Positions 63,100 through 64,000 of a stretch of DNA of 64,000 bases are shown one piece after another (positions within the stretch are counted from its first letter, which is position 1; each line of letters opens with the position of its first letter). A program made the position numbers and the translations under genes. Below the pieces are notes generated by a model that worked only from the letters and a program-made list of their open reading frames with translations, did not search any database and was not told the origin of the DNA. This stretch comes from Rhynchobatus australiae (Eukaryota): contig JAUZTB010000076.1 in the NCBI GenBank assembly GCA_034780895.1, positions 19,897,717-19,961,716 on the forward strand. The letters are read 5' to 3'.

Positions 63100-63690
63100 A
63101 TATATAATTGATTTGGATGTAAGTGTAGGGAGGCCGATTTAATAAGCTTGTAGATGACTCAGATTGGTGGAGTTGTGGAGAGTGAGGAAGGTTCAACTGG
63201 ATATAGGCTAGTTTGAAATAAGAATAAATGGTAGATGCATTTAATCTAGACAAGCTTGAGAAGTTGTACTTTGGGAGGTCAAATGTAAGGAAAGCATACA
63301 TCAAATGGCAGGGCCCTTCAGAGCATTGATGTACAGAGGGATCTTTGGGTGCAAGCCCATAACTTTCAAGCAGTAGCAACGCAAGTAAATAGGGTGATAA
63401 AGAAGGTGCACGTCATACTTGCTTTCATTGGTCAGGGTATTGAGTATAAAAGTCAAGGCACATTGCAGCTGTAGAAAACTTTCAATGGGCCACATCTGGA
63501 GTATTGTGTACACTTCTGGTCACCACATTACAAGAAACGTGGAAGCTTTTGAGAGAGTGCGGAAGAGGTTCACCAGGATGTTGCCTGGGTTAGAGAATAT
63601 TAGCTACATGGAGGGGTTGGAAAAACCTGGATTGTTCTCTTTGGAGCATCAGAGGCTGAGGAGTGACCTGATAGAAGCTGTACAAAGGCA
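63100..63690 (+). mobile_element. CR1 ORF2 C-terminal fragment
   Basis: HLEYCV.FWSPH; VEAFERVRKRFTRMLPGLENISY.E.L..PGLFSLE..RLR.DLIE. Confidence 0.85.
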
Positions 63691-64000
63691 TGATGGTTCA
63701 TGCTGTAAACATGCAAATACAGCAAGCTATCCAGAAATTAATGATATACTAAAAGGTTTGTAATATGAAGCAAGGACCTTTTGGTTGAAATTGTCTGCAG
63801 AATTTTGTTTAAGTGTACTTTGCTTTGGTTTGGCAGTGTAGATTAACTACATTTGATTCCTGGGATGACAGAAAAGTCTTCCAAGGAGGGATTTGAACAA
63901 AATTAGCAAGAAATGAAGTGACCTCATTGACACAAGGTTCTGAAAGGGATTAATAGGGCCAATGCCAAAGTGGCTGTTTCTTCCAGTGAAGGGTCCAGAG

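Overview
Vertebrate genomic DNA with many N-gaps, almost certainly an elasmobranch (shark/ray), judging by HE1-like/V-SINEs, Deu-domain SINEs and abundant CR1, L2, Rex/Babar, RTE and Penelope-like remnants. Two genes lie in tandem on the + strand. The first is the 3' end of PTPRF/LAR: 9 coding exons covering the end of PTP domain D1, all of D2, the stop at 24339 and a 3'UTR to ~25660. The second is the first ~2/3 of KDM4A: ATG 35865, JmjN, JmjC, linker and first PHD region up to 62996, with two exons largely hidden in gaps. A CpG island promoter with an unusually dense, partly 29-bp-phased CCAAT array lies between them. No novel protein-coding gene was found; the other ORFs in the track are TE debris, gap read-through or noise. 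Most notable: (i) a dispersed family of short intronic elements carrying decayed minimal hammerhead-ribozyme motifs, physically linked to Penelope-like remnants; (ii) a KDM4A PHD exon with no frame-compatible GT donor in this assembly; (iii) the CCAAT/CHR promoter architecture; (iv) an unclassified direct repeat bracketing the catalytic JmjC exons. All calls are by eye; repeat boundaries are approximate and exon numbers follow recalled human gene structure.
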